From NCBI GenBank assembly GCA_040218735.1, contig JAVJQW010000057.1:64001-128000 (forward strand): a stretch of 64,000 nucleotides of DNA. Direction: 5' to 3'. Under the pieces are notes generated by a model. That model searched no databases and had not been told where the DNA came from. It saw only the letters and a list, made by a program, of their open reading frames with translations. This document shows, one piece after another, positions 19,407-29,566 of the stretch. Numbering within the stretch: the first letter of the stretch is position 1; every line of letters begins with the position of its first letter. The position numbers and the translations under genes were made by a program. The stretch is from Deltaproteobacteria bacterium (lineage in GTDB: Bacteria; Myxococcota; Kuafuiibacteriia; Kuafuiibacteriales; Kuafuiibacteriaceae).

Positions 19407-21230
19407 ATGTGGCGCCCGCTGATGGGCATGCTCGACGCCGTCGAGGCCCCCGTCGACACCCCGGACGACACGCCGATCCTGCTCCTCGTCAGCCCCGGCA
19501 AGAAGGGCCTCGACGCACACGGCGTCGCCCCCGAACCCCTCACGGACGGCGAGCGACAGGTCCTCACCGAGTGCCCCGAACCGATCCCCCTCTCGGCGCT
19601 CCCGGACCCCCTCCGCGTCAGCCTGTGGGGAACGCTGGGGCCCGGCTTCGAGCCCGCGCTCCTCACGCAGGTCCACCCGGGCGTCATGAACCCGTTCGAC
19701 ATGCGCGCGCTCGCGAACCTCGACGCCGCGTCGCGCAGCACCCTCGAGGCCTACCTCGATCCCGACTTCGTCCGACGCCCCGTCGCCGAAAAAGCCGAGG
19801 TGCTCGAGGCCCTCGGTCCGTTGCTCGCGCCCGGGCACGCCGAGCGCCTCGCCGACGTGCACCTCCCGCTGCCGTTCGTCTCCTCGTCGGGTCGCACCAT
19901 GACCTTCGCCTTCGAACGCGAAGCTGTCCTCCTGCACAACCCGCTGGTCCTCGACTACTACGCACCCGATCCCAGCGGCGCGCTGAACCCCGCGGCGCTC
20001 GAGCCGCGCACCCAGCGGGTCGAGGGCTTCCTGTCCTCCCTGCGTGAGCTCGTCGCGGACGGCGTGGTGCTTCCGCAGTTCGAGCGGCTGTCGGACGAAG
20101 CCAAGCTCGGCGCGCTGCGATGGAAGGACCTCAACGTCGCGGGTCGGCTCGTGTACCTCGACCTCATCGCCGAGAACGTCGACAGCAACGTCGCCCTCTA
20201 CCGGATCGACGACCCGAAGCAGACGCCCAAGAAGGAGACCGCGCCGCCGACGGTCGCGAAGCGACTCCTCTGGGAGGGCCCGCCGCTCGGGGTCTACGAA
20301 GTCACCACCGAGAAGGGCGGATACGACACCCTCGACGTCCTCTTCGCGGACCGCGCGTTCATCCTGCGGATGGTCGAAGCCGGCAACGGACACGTGCACC
20401 GCGTCGTCGATCTCCCGACGCCCGACGACGTGAAGACGCTCGGCCCGAAGCTCGTCACGCACTTCGCCTACGAAGATCTCTTCCTCATGACCTCGGCGTG
20501 GGCGCGCGGGCTCCCGACGCTCCACCACACGAAGCTCAAAGTGCACCGAGCCACGATGCTTCAACGCACGATCGACAAGATGCGGACCGGCAGCATCACC
20601 CACTTCGACCTGTGTGACCTCAAGGCGTACGGCACCGGCATCCGCTCCAGTCAGACCTACGACGGCGACGGGTCCCTGTTCGGAGGAGAGCTGCGAAACC
20701 TCGGCGCGGGCGGTGAGCTCTGGTTGCAGTCGACCGTCCTGCGCAGCGCCAAGATCCTCTCCACGGGTGCCTTCGAGAAGTACGAACCGCTCCCCGCGGC
20801 CTGGAACGCCGGGGACCCGTCTGTGCTCACCGCCGCGCTCGACGCCGCGAAGAAGGACGGCGCGCTGCAGAAGATCGCCGAGGACGTGGACATCGACTTC
20901 GCGACGCTCCTGAACCTGTCGACGAAGGCCGCGAAACGTGGCGAGCTGACGGAGCCCTACCAGCTCGCGTCGCCGCTGTGGGCGTGGGACGCGCTCCCGA
21001 GCGTCACCCCCGAGCAGGCGACGGACATCGCCAAGAAACAGAAGGCATTCACGAAGCGGCTCCTCGAGCTCGCGCGCGGCGTCTCGCGCGCGAAGAAGAA
21101 CAACCGCCCGATCGACCACGGCAAGCTCCGCACGAAGATCGTCGAGGCCGTCATGCAGTTCCACGCCGAGGTCCGCACGGACCAGATCGTCGAAGAGATC
21201 TTCGACGCGGCGTTGAGGCAAGACGCGTGA
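19407..21230 (+). CDS. Hypothetical protein, possible amidoligase/COOH-NH2 ligase-like fold
   Basis: YEVTT...NGHVH...GELR motif series; start uncertain (ATG 19407/19422/19428). Confidence 0.65.
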   Translation: MWRPLMGMLDAVEAPVDTPDDTPILLLVSPGKKGLDAHGVAPEPLTDGERQVLTECPEPIPLSALPDPLRVSLWGTLGPGFEPALLTQVHPGVMNPFDMRALANLDAASRSTLEAYLDPDFVRRPVAEKAEVLEALGPLLAPGHAERLADVHLPLPFVSSSGRTMTFAFEREAVLLHNPLVLDYYAPDPSGALNPAALEPRTQRVEGFLSSLRELVADGVVLPQFERLSDEAKLGALRWKDLNVAGRLVYLDLIAENVDSNVALYRIDDPKQTPKKETAPPTVAKRLLWEGPPLGVYEVTTEKGGYDTLDVLFADRAFILRMVEAGNGHVHRVVDLPTPDDVKTLGPKLVTHFAYEDLFLMTSAWARGLPTLHHTKLKVHRATMLQRTIDKMRTGSITHFDLCDLKAYGTGIRSSQTYDGDGSLFGGELRNLGAGGELWLQSTVLRSAKILSTGAFEKYEPLPAAWNAGDPSVLTAALDAAKKDGALQKIAEDVDIDFATLLNLSTKAAKRGELTEPYQLASPLWAWDALPSVTPEQATDIAKKQKAFTKRLLELARGVSRAKKNNRPIDHGKLRTKIVEAVMQFHAEVRTDQIVEEIFDAALRQDA

Positions 21231-21712
21231 CCGACCGCCTCGAAGCGGTGCGTGACGGCGACCGCGATGCGTTCGTCGCGATGGTCGAAGCGCACGGCGG
21301 CGCCCTCGAAGCGCTGCTCGAAGCGCTCGACGCCCCCGTGACCGACGAGGCCCGCGTACGCGCGTGCGCCGCCGTGTGGCGCGCGGCCGCGTTGGCCGAG
21401 GACGTCCCAGAGCGTGCCTTCGTCGTCTCGACCGCCGGCGCCGCGCTGTTCACGCTCGAACAGGATCCGGCCGCGGTCGGCACACTCGCCGCCCTCCCCA
21501 TCGACGTCGAGCCAATCGTCGAGTGGACCGCGTCCGTCGCCGCGAACACCGCGAACGACTTCCAGCGGCGCGCCCTCGAGAACGCTCGCGCGACGCTCCC
21601 CGCGCACGCGAACAAGCAGCTCGACGCGCTCCACCGCGCGGTAGCCCACGCGGTCGGCGTCGAAGGATCCGCCGCGCTCGGCGACGCAGCGCGCGCCGCC
21701 GTCGCGGACTGA
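21227..21712 (+). CDS. Hypothetical alpha-helical protein
   Basis: GTG overlaps the upstream TGA (GTGA); Ala-rich, about 161 aa. Confidence 0.65.
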   Translation: MTDRLEAVRDGDRDAFVAMVEAHGGALEALLEALDAPVTDEARVRACAAVWRAAALAEDVPERAFVVSTAGAALFTLEQDPAAVGTLAALPIDVEPIVEWTASVAANTANDFQRRALENARATLPAHANKQLDALHRAVAHAVGVEGSAALGDAARAAVAD

Positions 21713-21714
21713 CC

Positions 21715-24700
21715 TCAGCCTTCGGTGATGTCCTTGAACTCGCGCTCGAAGGCGGCGAGGAAGTCGTCCTCTTCACCTTCACCGCCGGACGACGGCTTCG
21801 GCCGACGGCCCGACGTCGCGGGGCGCGGACGGCTCGACGCCTGCTTCACCGTGGGCGGACCGACGTGCGTCGGGTCGTCCTCGTCCTTGTCCACCGGGAC
21901 CGCCGCGCCGACGGCGAGATCCGCGGCGGGGTTCGGCGGGGCGTCGAGGTTCGGCATCGTGCGCTCCGCCGGGTCCAGGTCTTCGCCCTTCGGCGACACG
22001 GCCTCGGTCTTCGCGGTGGTCGCGCCCGGCAGGGGCGGCAGCGCGTTGCCCTTCGCGGCGCGCTTGGGGCGCTGCGAGTTCTCGGCCGGCGGCGGCACCG
22101 GGAGCGACGACGAGTCGGAGATCTGCGCGATCAGCGACTCGAAGTTCGCCTCGGCGTCGCTCTGCCGCGGCCGCTCGGTCTCCAGCTTCTGGATGCGGTC
22201 CGTCAGGCGCTGCGCGGCGAGCTGCGACGTCTTGAGCTGACGCTTCGCCTCGATCGCGGCCTTGCGCAGATCCTCGACCTCCTTGGCGTGCGCTTCGTCC
22301 TTCGTGCGCGCCTTCCCCATGTACTCCTCGTGCAGGTCCTCCAGCTCGCGGACGTACCGGTTCTCGACGTCGTCGCGCTCGTTCTGCGCCTGCTCGATCT
22401 GCGAGCGCAGGCCGTCCGCCTGCTTCGACGCGGAGCGCAGATCCTCGTGGCGCGCTTCGAGGTCCTTGCGGAGCTCGGCGATCGTGCCCTGCGCGTCGGC
22501 GAGCTCGGCGTTCTTCGCCTCTTCGAACGCCGCCTTCTCGGACGCGAGCGCCGAAGCGCGCGCCGTGGCCTCTTCGAGGCGGTCCGACAACCCACGCGCG
22601 TCGTTCTGCATCCGCAGCGACTCGTTCTCGAACCGCGACTTCTCCTCGGCGAGCGTCGCTTCCAAGCTCGCGACCTGGCCCTCGCGCTCCGTGAGCTCCG
22701 CCTCCAGATCCGACCGCGCCTGCTCGGACTGCGCGACCGCCGACTCGTACCGGTTCGTCGTGTCCGCGAGGGTCTGCTCCAGGCCCTGCACCTTCGCCGC
22801 CGCTTCACCCGCGGCGTGCTGCGACTGCGTGCGCAGGTCTTCGAGCTGCCGTTCCAGCGTCTCGATCTCCTGCGACGCCGCCTGCATCCCCTGGCGTTCG
22901 GCTTCGAGTTTGTGCTGCGTGCTGTCGAGCTGACCGTCGAGGTCCGAGATCTGCTCGTTGGCGCGCGCGAGCATGCCCTCGAGCTCCGCCTTGTGCTCGG
23001 CCGCAGCGGCCTCGATCTGTTCGATGCGCGCCCCGAGGTTCGCCTTCTCGGTGGCGTCCATCTGCGCGCGCGCGTTGGCCTGCTCCTCGAACAACGCCTT
23101 GGCGCCCTTGATGGCGTCGCGCTCGTCGCGCGTCTCGTCGAGCGCCGCGCCGAGCTCCTTCATCCGGGTCTTCAGCGCGTCGCGCTCGCCGACCAGCTCC
23201 TGCCGTGCGCCCTGCCACTCGACCCGCGCGCGCTCCAGCTCCGCGCTCGTCCGGTCGACCGCCTCCTCCGCGCGGGCCAGCCGCTGCGACAGCTCCAGCC
23301 GCGCGGCGTCGAGGTCCGTCGCCTGCTGCTGCGAGGTCGCGAGCTGCCGCTCCAGCAGATCGATCCGCCCGCCGCGCGAGTCGACTTCGGCCTCCAGCTC
23401 GTCGCCGCGGTCCTTCGCCGCCTCCAGCTCCGACGAGAGCTGCTGCGCGCGCTGGTTCATCGCGTCGAGGTCCGACGTCAGGCGCTCGCGATCCCGCGTG
23501 AGCCCGTCGCGCTCGCCGATCAGCTTCTCGCGGACGTCCGAAAGCTCGGCGACCTGGTTCCGCAACCCGGTCACTTCGCGCTCGCGCTCCGCGATGATCT
23601 GCGCCGACTCCTCCAGACGCTGCTTGCGCTCGCTCGCCTCGGCCCGCGCCGTCGCGAGATCCGACTGGCGCTCACCCAGCTCCGTGCGTGTCTTCTCGAG
23701 CTCGTCCTCGAGCTCCGCCGACTCGATCTTCAGCGAGTCGACGGTCTCGGTGAGCATCGCGACCCGGCTCTCCAGCCGACCGACCTCCGAGCCACGCGCG
23801 TCGAACTGCTGGTTGAGGTCGCGCAAGGCACCTTGCGCAGCCTCGTGCTCCATCTGCTCGTTCTTGAGCGCTTCCTGCAGCTCGGACAGCCGACCCTCAC
23901 GCAGCGCCAAGGTCTCGCGGACCTGGTTGAGGTCCTTCTCCGTCTGCCGCAGCTGCGTCGTGGTCTCGGTGAGGTTCGACTTCGTCTCGTCGAGGACGTT
24001 CGAGAGCTCCTCACCGCGACGCTCCGCCTGCTGGCGCTCACGCTGCTCACCCTCGAGCCAGCGCTGCGTCTCGTCGAGCTGGTCGCCGCGCGCCGCGAGG
24101 TCCGTGCCGAGCCGAATGATCTGCTCGCGCAGATCGGTCTCCAGCGTCTCCGCCTGGTCCTTGGTCTCCGCGAGCTCACCGGACAGCCGCGCGATCTCCG
24201 TGCGCAGGTTCGACGCCTCGTCCGACGTCTTGCGCTCCAGCGCTTCGTACTGCTCCTGCCGGTCCGCGATCTCCGCTTCCAGGCTCGCCCCGCGATCGTT
24301 GGCGCCCTGCAGCTCGTTGCGGGTGTCGGCGAGGCTCGCCTCCAGCCGCTCGATCGCCGAGTCGCGATCCACGATCGACGCCTCACGCGCCGCGACCGTC
24401 TCGAGCAGCTCCGCCTCACGGTCCGCGAGGGCCTGCTCGATCGACATCCGCGCGCTGTCGAGCCGATCGATCTGATCCGAGAGATCCGACTCCTTCGCCG
24501 CGCGCTCCACGCGCTCGTCGTCGAGCGACTGCTCGAGGCTCGCGATCGCCCCCTCGCGCTCCGCGACCACCGACCGAAGCTCGGCCTCCGTCGCGTCCAA
24601 CGACGCGATGCGATCCGTGGCGACGCTCAGCTCACCGCTCAGCGAGCGCTCCGACTCGGCGCGCTCCGCCCGCTCGCTCTCCAGCTCGTTCTCGGTGTTG

Positions 24701-26142
24701 GTGAGGCGCTCGCGCAGGTCCGACTCGGTCGTCGCCGCTTCGTCGCGCGTGCGCTCCAGCTCCTCGGTGAGTGCCTGCGCCCGCGCCGTCTCGGCTTCGA
24801 GCGACGCGTGCTCCTGCTCGAGGTCGACGCGCAGCCCCTCGATCGAGGCTTCGAACGAAGCCTTGTCGTCGTCGTACCGCGCACGCATCGCGTCGAGGTC
24901 GGCGCGCATGCCGACCACGACTTGGTGGTTCGCGGCGAGCTCGTAGCTCTGGCGGCGCACGGCCTCGTCGAGCGTCTCGCGTGCGTCCGCGAGGTCCTGG
25001 CGCAGCTCGAGGATCATCTCCTCGAGCTGGAAGCGACGTTCCGCCGCCTCCGCGATCTTCTCGGCCTGCCCCTCGACCTGCTTCTGCAGGTCGGCTTCGC
25101 GGCCCTTGCTCTCTTCGAGCTGCGTCTCGAGGTCGCCGATCGACGCGTCCCGCGACGTGATCGTGTCGTCGAGCCCGCGGACCTTCTCTTCGATCTCCTC
25201 GATGCGTTTCTTCGCTTCGTCGAGCGAGCGCTCCGTGCGCGTGAGGTCGCCCTGGGTCTCGGCGAGGTCGCGCTCCTTGCCCGCGACGATCTGAATCAGC
25301 TCGTTCTCGCGCGTGATCTTCTCTTCGAGGAGCTGCTCGAACGACGCGTTGAACTCGGAGGTGCGCCGGTCCAGCTCTTCGCGCCGCGACTCGCTGGTGC
25401 TCGACACCTCTTCGAGCGACATGCGCAGCGACTGCGCCTCCACGTCCTTCTCGACGAGCCGCTCGTTCCACTCGTGGTACTCGCGCTCCTTCGCGCGGTA
25501 CATCTCCATCACCTTCGCCAGCTCGTTCTCGCGCTGGCGGAGCTTCTGGCGGAGCATGTCGAGCTTCGCGTCGGCGGTCGTGCGCCGGCCGATCATCGAT
25601 CCTTCACGACGGATCGGCGGGCTCGACTGCACCTCGTCCTCGCTCGAGACGAGCGAGTCCATGACCTTCTCGATGAACGCGTTGTCCTCTTCGGTGACCG
25701 GCGCCGGCTCCTTGGTCGGCGGCGCCGGGAGCGGCGGCGGACGCTCGCCGTCCGACGTGAACAGCACACCCTTCACCCGCTCGCGCAGCTCTTCGAACGG
25801 GTACGGCGGCGCCTCCGGGAAACGGAGGTAGTCGTCCGCGCCCGACTTGCCGCTCTTGTGGTTGTCGATCGTCTGTTCGTTGGCCTCGGACGTGTAGACG
25901 AAGACCGGCATCGAAGAGAGGCGGCGGTTCGTCTTCACCCGAGAACACAGCGCGAAGCCGGACTCTTCTTCGCCCTCGGCGCGCATGAGGACGATGTCGG
26001 GGCGCTCGATCTTGATCTCGTCGATCGGGTCGCGGTCGCCCTCCGATATCGAGACCTTGAGGCCGTCGGACCGCAGCGCGGCCGCCACCATGAGCGCGAA
26101 TTCGCGGTCTTGGTCGATGATGAACGCGTTCTTCTGCGGCAC
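21715..26142 (-). CDS. aglZ: AglZ-like gliding motility protein (pseudo-receiver domain plus very long coiled coil)
   Basis: N-terminus EFALMVA...PDIVLMRAE...SGFALC resembles my recollection of M. xanthus AglZ (Arg at the phosphoacceptor Asp position); more than 1200 aa of heptad coiled coil. Confidence 0.75.
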   Translation of the reverse strand: MPQKNAFIIDQDREFALMVAAALRSDGLKVSISEGDRDPIDEIKIERPDIVLMRAEGEEESGFALCSRVKTNRRLSSMPVFVYTSEANEQTIDNHKSGKSGADDYLRFPEAPPYPFEELRERVKGVLFTSDGERPPPLPAPPTKEPAPVTEEDNAFIEKVMDSLVSSEDEVQSSPPIRREGSMIGRRTTADAKLDMLRQKLRQRENELAKVMEMYRAKEREYHEWNERLVEKDVEAQSLRMSLEEVSSTSESRREELDRRTSEFNASFEQLLEEKITRENELIQIVAGKERDLAETQGDLTRTERSLDEAKKRIEEIEEKVRGLDDTITSRDASIGDLETQLEESKGREADLQKQVEGQAEKIAEAAERRFQLEEMILELRQDLADARETLDEAVRRQSYELAANHQVVVGMRADLDAMRARYDDDKASFEASIEGLRVDLEQEHASLEAETARAQALTEELERTRDEAATTESDLRERLTNTENELESERAERAESERSLSGELSVATDRIASLDATEAELRSVVAEREGAIASLEQSLDDERVERAAKESDLSDQIDRLDSARMSIEQALADREAELLETVAAREASIVDRDSAIERLEASLADTRNELQGANDRGASLEAEIADRQEQYEALERKTSDEASNLRTEIARLSGELAETKDQAETLETDLREQIIRLGTDLAARGDQLDETQRWLEGEQRERQQAERRGEELSNVLDETKSNLTETTTQLRQTEKDLNQVRETLALREGRLSELQEALKNEQMEHEAAQGALRDLNQQFDARGSEVGRLESRVAMLTETVDSLKIESAELEDELEKTRTELGERQSDLATARAEASERKQRLEESAQIIAEREREVTGLRNQVAELSDVREKLIGERDGLTRDRERLTSDLDAMNQRAQQLSSELEAAKDRGDELEAEVDSRGGRIDLLERQLATSQQQATDLDAARLELSQRLARAEEAVDRTSAELERARVEWQGARQELVGERDALKTRMKELGAALDETRDERDAIKGAKALFEEQANARAQMDATEKANLGARIEQIEAAAAEHKAELEGMLARANEQISDLDGQLDSTQHKLEAERQGMQAASQEIETLERQLEDLRTQSQHAAGEAAAKVQGLEQTLADTTNRYESAVAQSEQARSDLEAELTEREGQVASLEATLAEEKSRFENESLRMQNDARGLSDRLEEATARASALASEKAAFEEAKNAELADAQGTIAELRKDLEARHEDLRSASKQADGLRSQIEQAQNERDDVENRYVRELEDLHEEYMGKARTKDEAHAKEVEDLRKAAIEAKRQLKTSQLAAQRLTDRIQKLETERPRQSDAEANFESLIAQISDSSSLPVPPPAENSQRPKRAAKGNALPPLPGATTAKTEAVSPKGEDLDPAERTMPNLDAPPNPAADLAVGAAVPVDKDEDDPTHVGPPTVKQASSRPRPATSGRRPKPSSGGEGEEDDFLAAFEREFKDITEG

Positions 26143-26296
26143 GGGACCTAGGACGCTAGCGGGCTGCCTCACCACGATCAATGGAGGCCCCGAACAAACC
26201 GCCCAACGCCCGACGGGGACGTCCTGAGGCCCCGATCGCGCATGACGGCGCCCGCGTCGTCTGGCCCAACCCGGGGCGAAGGTAGTATACGGCGCC

Positions 26297-29200
26297 ATGC
26301 GGAGCGCGTGCGGAGCCCTCCTCGCCCTCGTGGTCGCTGCGGGCTGCGCCGAAGACCGCGCGCCGCGCATCGTGTCGACGGCCCTGGTCCGACCCACGGC
26401 CGACGCCTTCGGGCCCTACCACGTCGTCGCGAAGATCGTGGACGAGCGCCGCGGCGTCGACGCGCGCATCTACTACGTCGCGACGTCGACCTCCTCCACC
26501 GTCTCGGCCGACGCCGAGTCGATCGCGATGACGCGCACCGACGAAGCGACGTACGAGGCCGACTTCCCGGGGCTCCCGTTCGGCACCGTCGTCAGCTACG
26601 TCGTCGCCGCCGAGGACGACCGCGGGCAGCAGGCGGTCGCGCCGTCCTTCGAGACCCCGCACGTCTTCACGGTCGGCAACGTCCCGTCCGAGCCCGAGCT
26701 CCTGACGCTGTGGCCGAACGAAGGCCCGGCGACCGGCGGCACGGAGGTCATCCTCATCGGACACGACTTCCGCGCGGGGCTCGTCGCCTTCTTCGGCGCC
26801 AACCCCGCGCTCACGCTCGAGGTCCTGTCGCGAACCCAGGCCCGGGTCGAGAACCCGCCCGGCGCGCCCGGCGTGGTGGACGTGACGGTCGTGAACGCCG
26901 ACGGTGGCCGCGTCACGCTCGAGGACGCGTTCACGTATTTCCCGACGCCCGAGATCTTCGAAGTGCGGCCGCCCTCCGGCCCCGTGCGCGGCGGGACGTT
27001 CGTCGAGATCTTCGGCGCGCGGTTCCAGCCGGGCTCGGACTTCCTGTTCGGCGGCGAGCCCGCGACGGGCGTGACGATCGTCGACGAGGGCTTCGCGACC
27101 GCGGTGACTCCGCCCCACGCGGCGGGCTTCGTCACGGTGCGCGTCGAGCACCCCACGCGCGGCTTCGGCGAAAGGGAGGACGCGTACGAGTACATCCCGC
27201 CGCCGGAGGTGCTGAGCATCGAGCCGGAGCGCGGACCGGATCTCGGCGGCACCCCCGTCACGGTGCGCGGGCGTTTCTTCCGGCCCGGAGCGCGCCTCGA
27301 CTTCGACGGCCTCGAAGCGCTCGACGTGGTGTTCGTCTCCTCCACGGAGCTGAGCGCGCGAACGCCGCCGCACCCGGTCGGGTTCTCCGACGTCCGGGTC
27401 ACGAACACCGACCTGCAGTCCGGCACGCTGCCGAACGGCTTCTTCTTCTTCGGGCCGCCCGAGATCGACGCGGTCGTCCCGCCCTACGCCTCCGTGGACG
27501 GCGGTGCGGTCGTCCGGCTGCGCGGTGCGAACTTCGAGGTCGCGACGGTCGTCGCGTTCACGCTCGCCAACGGGCAGACGATCGCCGTGGTGTGCTCGCT
27601 CGTCTCGGACAGCGAGCTGTCGTGCATGCTCCCCGCCGTCGCCGTCGCGGGGCCCGCGGACGTCACCGTCACCAACTCCGACGGACGCTCCGACCGCCTC
27701 GACGACGGCATCACGTTCTTCGAGCTCCTCTCCGTCACCCCGGATCGCGGCCCTTCCCCGGGCGGGACGAACGTCGTGGTCCGCGGGCGGTTCCTCCCGA
27801 TGAACACCGACATCTTCTTCGGCGACACCCGCGCGACGTGTGTCTGGCAGACGCCGCAGCAGATGCGCTGCGTGACGCCGCCGGGTCCGCAGAACCAGTT
27901 CGTCGACGTGCAGGCGCTCCCGCCGGACGAGGGGCAGACGCCGGCCGTGCTCGAGGACGGCTACTTCTACGTGGCGCCGCCCGAGATCCTCGGCGTGATG
28001 CCCCCCGACGGACCGCTGCGCGGCGGCACGTTCATCACGATCTCCGGCCGCTTCTTCCAGATGGGCGCCACGGTGACGATCCGCGGCGTCCCCTGCACCG
28101 GCGTGACGGTAGTGAGCGCCACGACGATCACTTGCACGGTCCCCGCCGGCGCCGAGGGCGTCGCCGAAGTGCGGGTCGACAACCCCGACGGCCAGTTCGA
28201 CGCGGATCCGACCGGCTACGAGTACATCCCGATCGAAGCGACGCCCGAGTGGGGCCTCGTGGACGGCAACACGAACGTCATCCTCACCGGTCGCGAGTTC
28301 GCGCCGGGCGCCACCGTCACGATGGGTGGCACGGCGATGCTCGACGTCACCTTCATCAGCTCCAGCGAGATACGCGTCCGCACGCCGTCGTTCCCGACCG
28401 CGGGCGGCAAACAGATCGTCGTCGACAACCCCGCCGACCCACCGGAGGTCGGGCCCGACGACTTCTCGGTTCGGACCTATCAGCTCGCGGCGCCCAACGG
28501 CGCCAACGGCACCGGCGAGACGAGCGACCTCATCGCGGGTGACCTCGACAACGACGGCGACACCGACCTCGTGTACATCAACGGCGCGGTCGGGGTGCCG
28601 GCGCGCTCGCAGATCGTCGAGAACCTCGGCGGCGGCGTGAGCTTCTCGGCGAGCCCGATCGGCATGAACGACGTCGCCAACGAGGGCAACGCGTGTGACG
28701 TCAACGGCGACGGGCTCCTCGACTTCACCTACGGCATCAGCGGAGGAAGCGTCCGGGTCTTCATCAACAACGGCGGGCTGAGCTTCTCGTCGCCGATCCT
28801 CCCGACGAACCCGACCGACTCCTTCGAGGCGACCCTGCACGACGTCAGCGGCGACGGCCGGTGTGACTTCATCAACCTCGCCATCTCCACGGAGAACACC
28901 CTCCTCATCAACAACGGCGCCGGCTCCTGGACCGCGGTCGCCAACGCGATCCCGCACGAGATGGGCTTCGTGCACGACCACAAACTCGACGTCGGCGACC
29001 TCGACGGGGACGGCGACATCGACATCGTCGTCGTGGTCGACAACGTGAACTTCGGCTCCCCGCCGACGCAGCGCCACCGCATCTACCTCAACGACGGCAC
29101 GAACCACTTCACCGAAGACCTCGCGAACCAGCCGCTGCTGTTGAGCGTCCTCGGCGACGTCTACGACGTCCGCATCGAGGACATCGACGGCGACGGCGAC

Positions 29201-29566
29201 AACGACATCGTCACCCCGAACTTCAACAACACGCCGGTCGTGCTCCTCAACAACGGCCTCGGCGCCTTCACGCGCGTCACCAACCGCATCCCCAACGTCT
29301 CCCGCCCCGACTCCGCGATGTTCATGGAGGACATCGAGGGCGACGGTGACTTCGACGTGTTCTTCGTGAGCCTCGACAACGGCACGAACCACGCCCTGTT
29401 CCTCAACGACGGCAGCGGCTTCTTCGTCCGCGCGGTCCGCGGCGAACCGCAGAACACCGGCGCGGCCTACCGCGCGACGATGGGGGACATGGACGGCGAC
29501 GGGACGAACGACATCATCCAGGGCACGGTCAACGGCCCCAACCGCATGTGGTTCGCGCGCGAATGA
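26297..29566 (+). CDS. Lipoprotein with about 7 IPT/TIG repeats and C-terminal FG-GAP/VCBS repeats
   Basis: Lipobox AAGC; repeated PxxGPxxGGTxVxIxGxxF; GDLDNDGDTDL, GDLDGDGDID, DIDGDGDND repeats. Confidence 0.9.
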   Translation: MRSACGALLALVVAAGCAEDRAPRIVSTALVRPTADAFGPYHVVAKIVDERRGVDARIYYVATSTSSTVSADAESIAMTRTDEATYEADFPGLPFGTVVSYVVAAEDDRGQQAVAPSFETPHVFTVGNVPSEPELLTLWPNEGPATGGTEVILIGHDFRAGLVAFFGANPALTLEVLSRTQARVENPPGAPGVVDVTVVNADGGRVTLEDAFTYFPTPEIFEVRPPSGPVRGGTFVEIFGARFQPGSDFLFGGEPATGVTIVDEGFATAVTPPHAAGFVTVRVEHPTRGFGEREDAYEYIPPPEVLSIEPERGPDLGGTPVTVRGRFFRPGARLDFDGLEALDVVFVSSTELSARTPPHPVGFSDVRVTNTDLQSGTLPNGFFFFGPPEIDAVVPPYASVDGGAVVRLRGANFEVATVVAFTLANGQTIAVVCSLVSDSELSCMLPAVAVAGPADVTVTNSDGRSDRLDDGITFFELLSVTPDRGPSPGGTNVVVRGRFLPMNTDIFFGDTRATCVWQTPQQMRCVTPPGPQNQFVDVQALPPDEGQTPAVLEDGYFYVAPPEILGVMPPDGPLRGGTFITISGRFFQMGATVTIRGVPCTGVTVVSATTITCTVPAGAEGVAEVRVDNPDGQFDADPTGYEYIPIEATPEWGLVDGNTNVILTGREFAPGATVTMGGTAMLDVTFISSSEIRVRTPSFPTAGGKQIVVDNPADPPEVGPDDFSVRTYQLAAPNGANGTGETSDLIAGDLDNDGDTDLVYINGAVGVPARSQIVENLGGGVSFSASPIGMNDVANEGNACDVNGDGLLDFTYGISGGSVRVFINNGGLSFSSPILPTNPTDSFEATLHDVSGDGRCDFINLAISTENTLLINNGAGSWTAVANAIPHEMGFVHDHKLDVGDLDGDGDIDIVVVVDNVNFGSPPTQRHRIYLNDGTNHFTEDLANQPLLLSVLGDVYDVRIEDIDGDGDNDIVTPNFNNTPVVLLNNGLGAFTRVTNRIPNVSRPDSAMFMEDIEGDGDFDVFFVSLDNGTNHALFLNDGSGFFVRAVRGEPQNTGAAYRATMGDMDGDGTNDIIQGTVNGPNRMWFARE

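Noticed and set aside
18383-19741. Long N-terminal extensions in track ORFs (bamD, infC, aglZ, fadJ, the cNMP genes)
   Set aside because: Upstream in-frame extensions overlap neighbouring genes and lack RBS or signal-peptide logic; starts were reassigned downstream.
21364-26151. 1595-aa plus-strand ORF, and similar long antisense ORFs (9696-12671, 26156-29392, 56049-59117, 52324-54612)
   Set aside because: Shadow ORFs opposite well-supported genes; Arg/Leu/Val-rich with no motifs, as expected from stop-codon scarcity in high-GC DNA.
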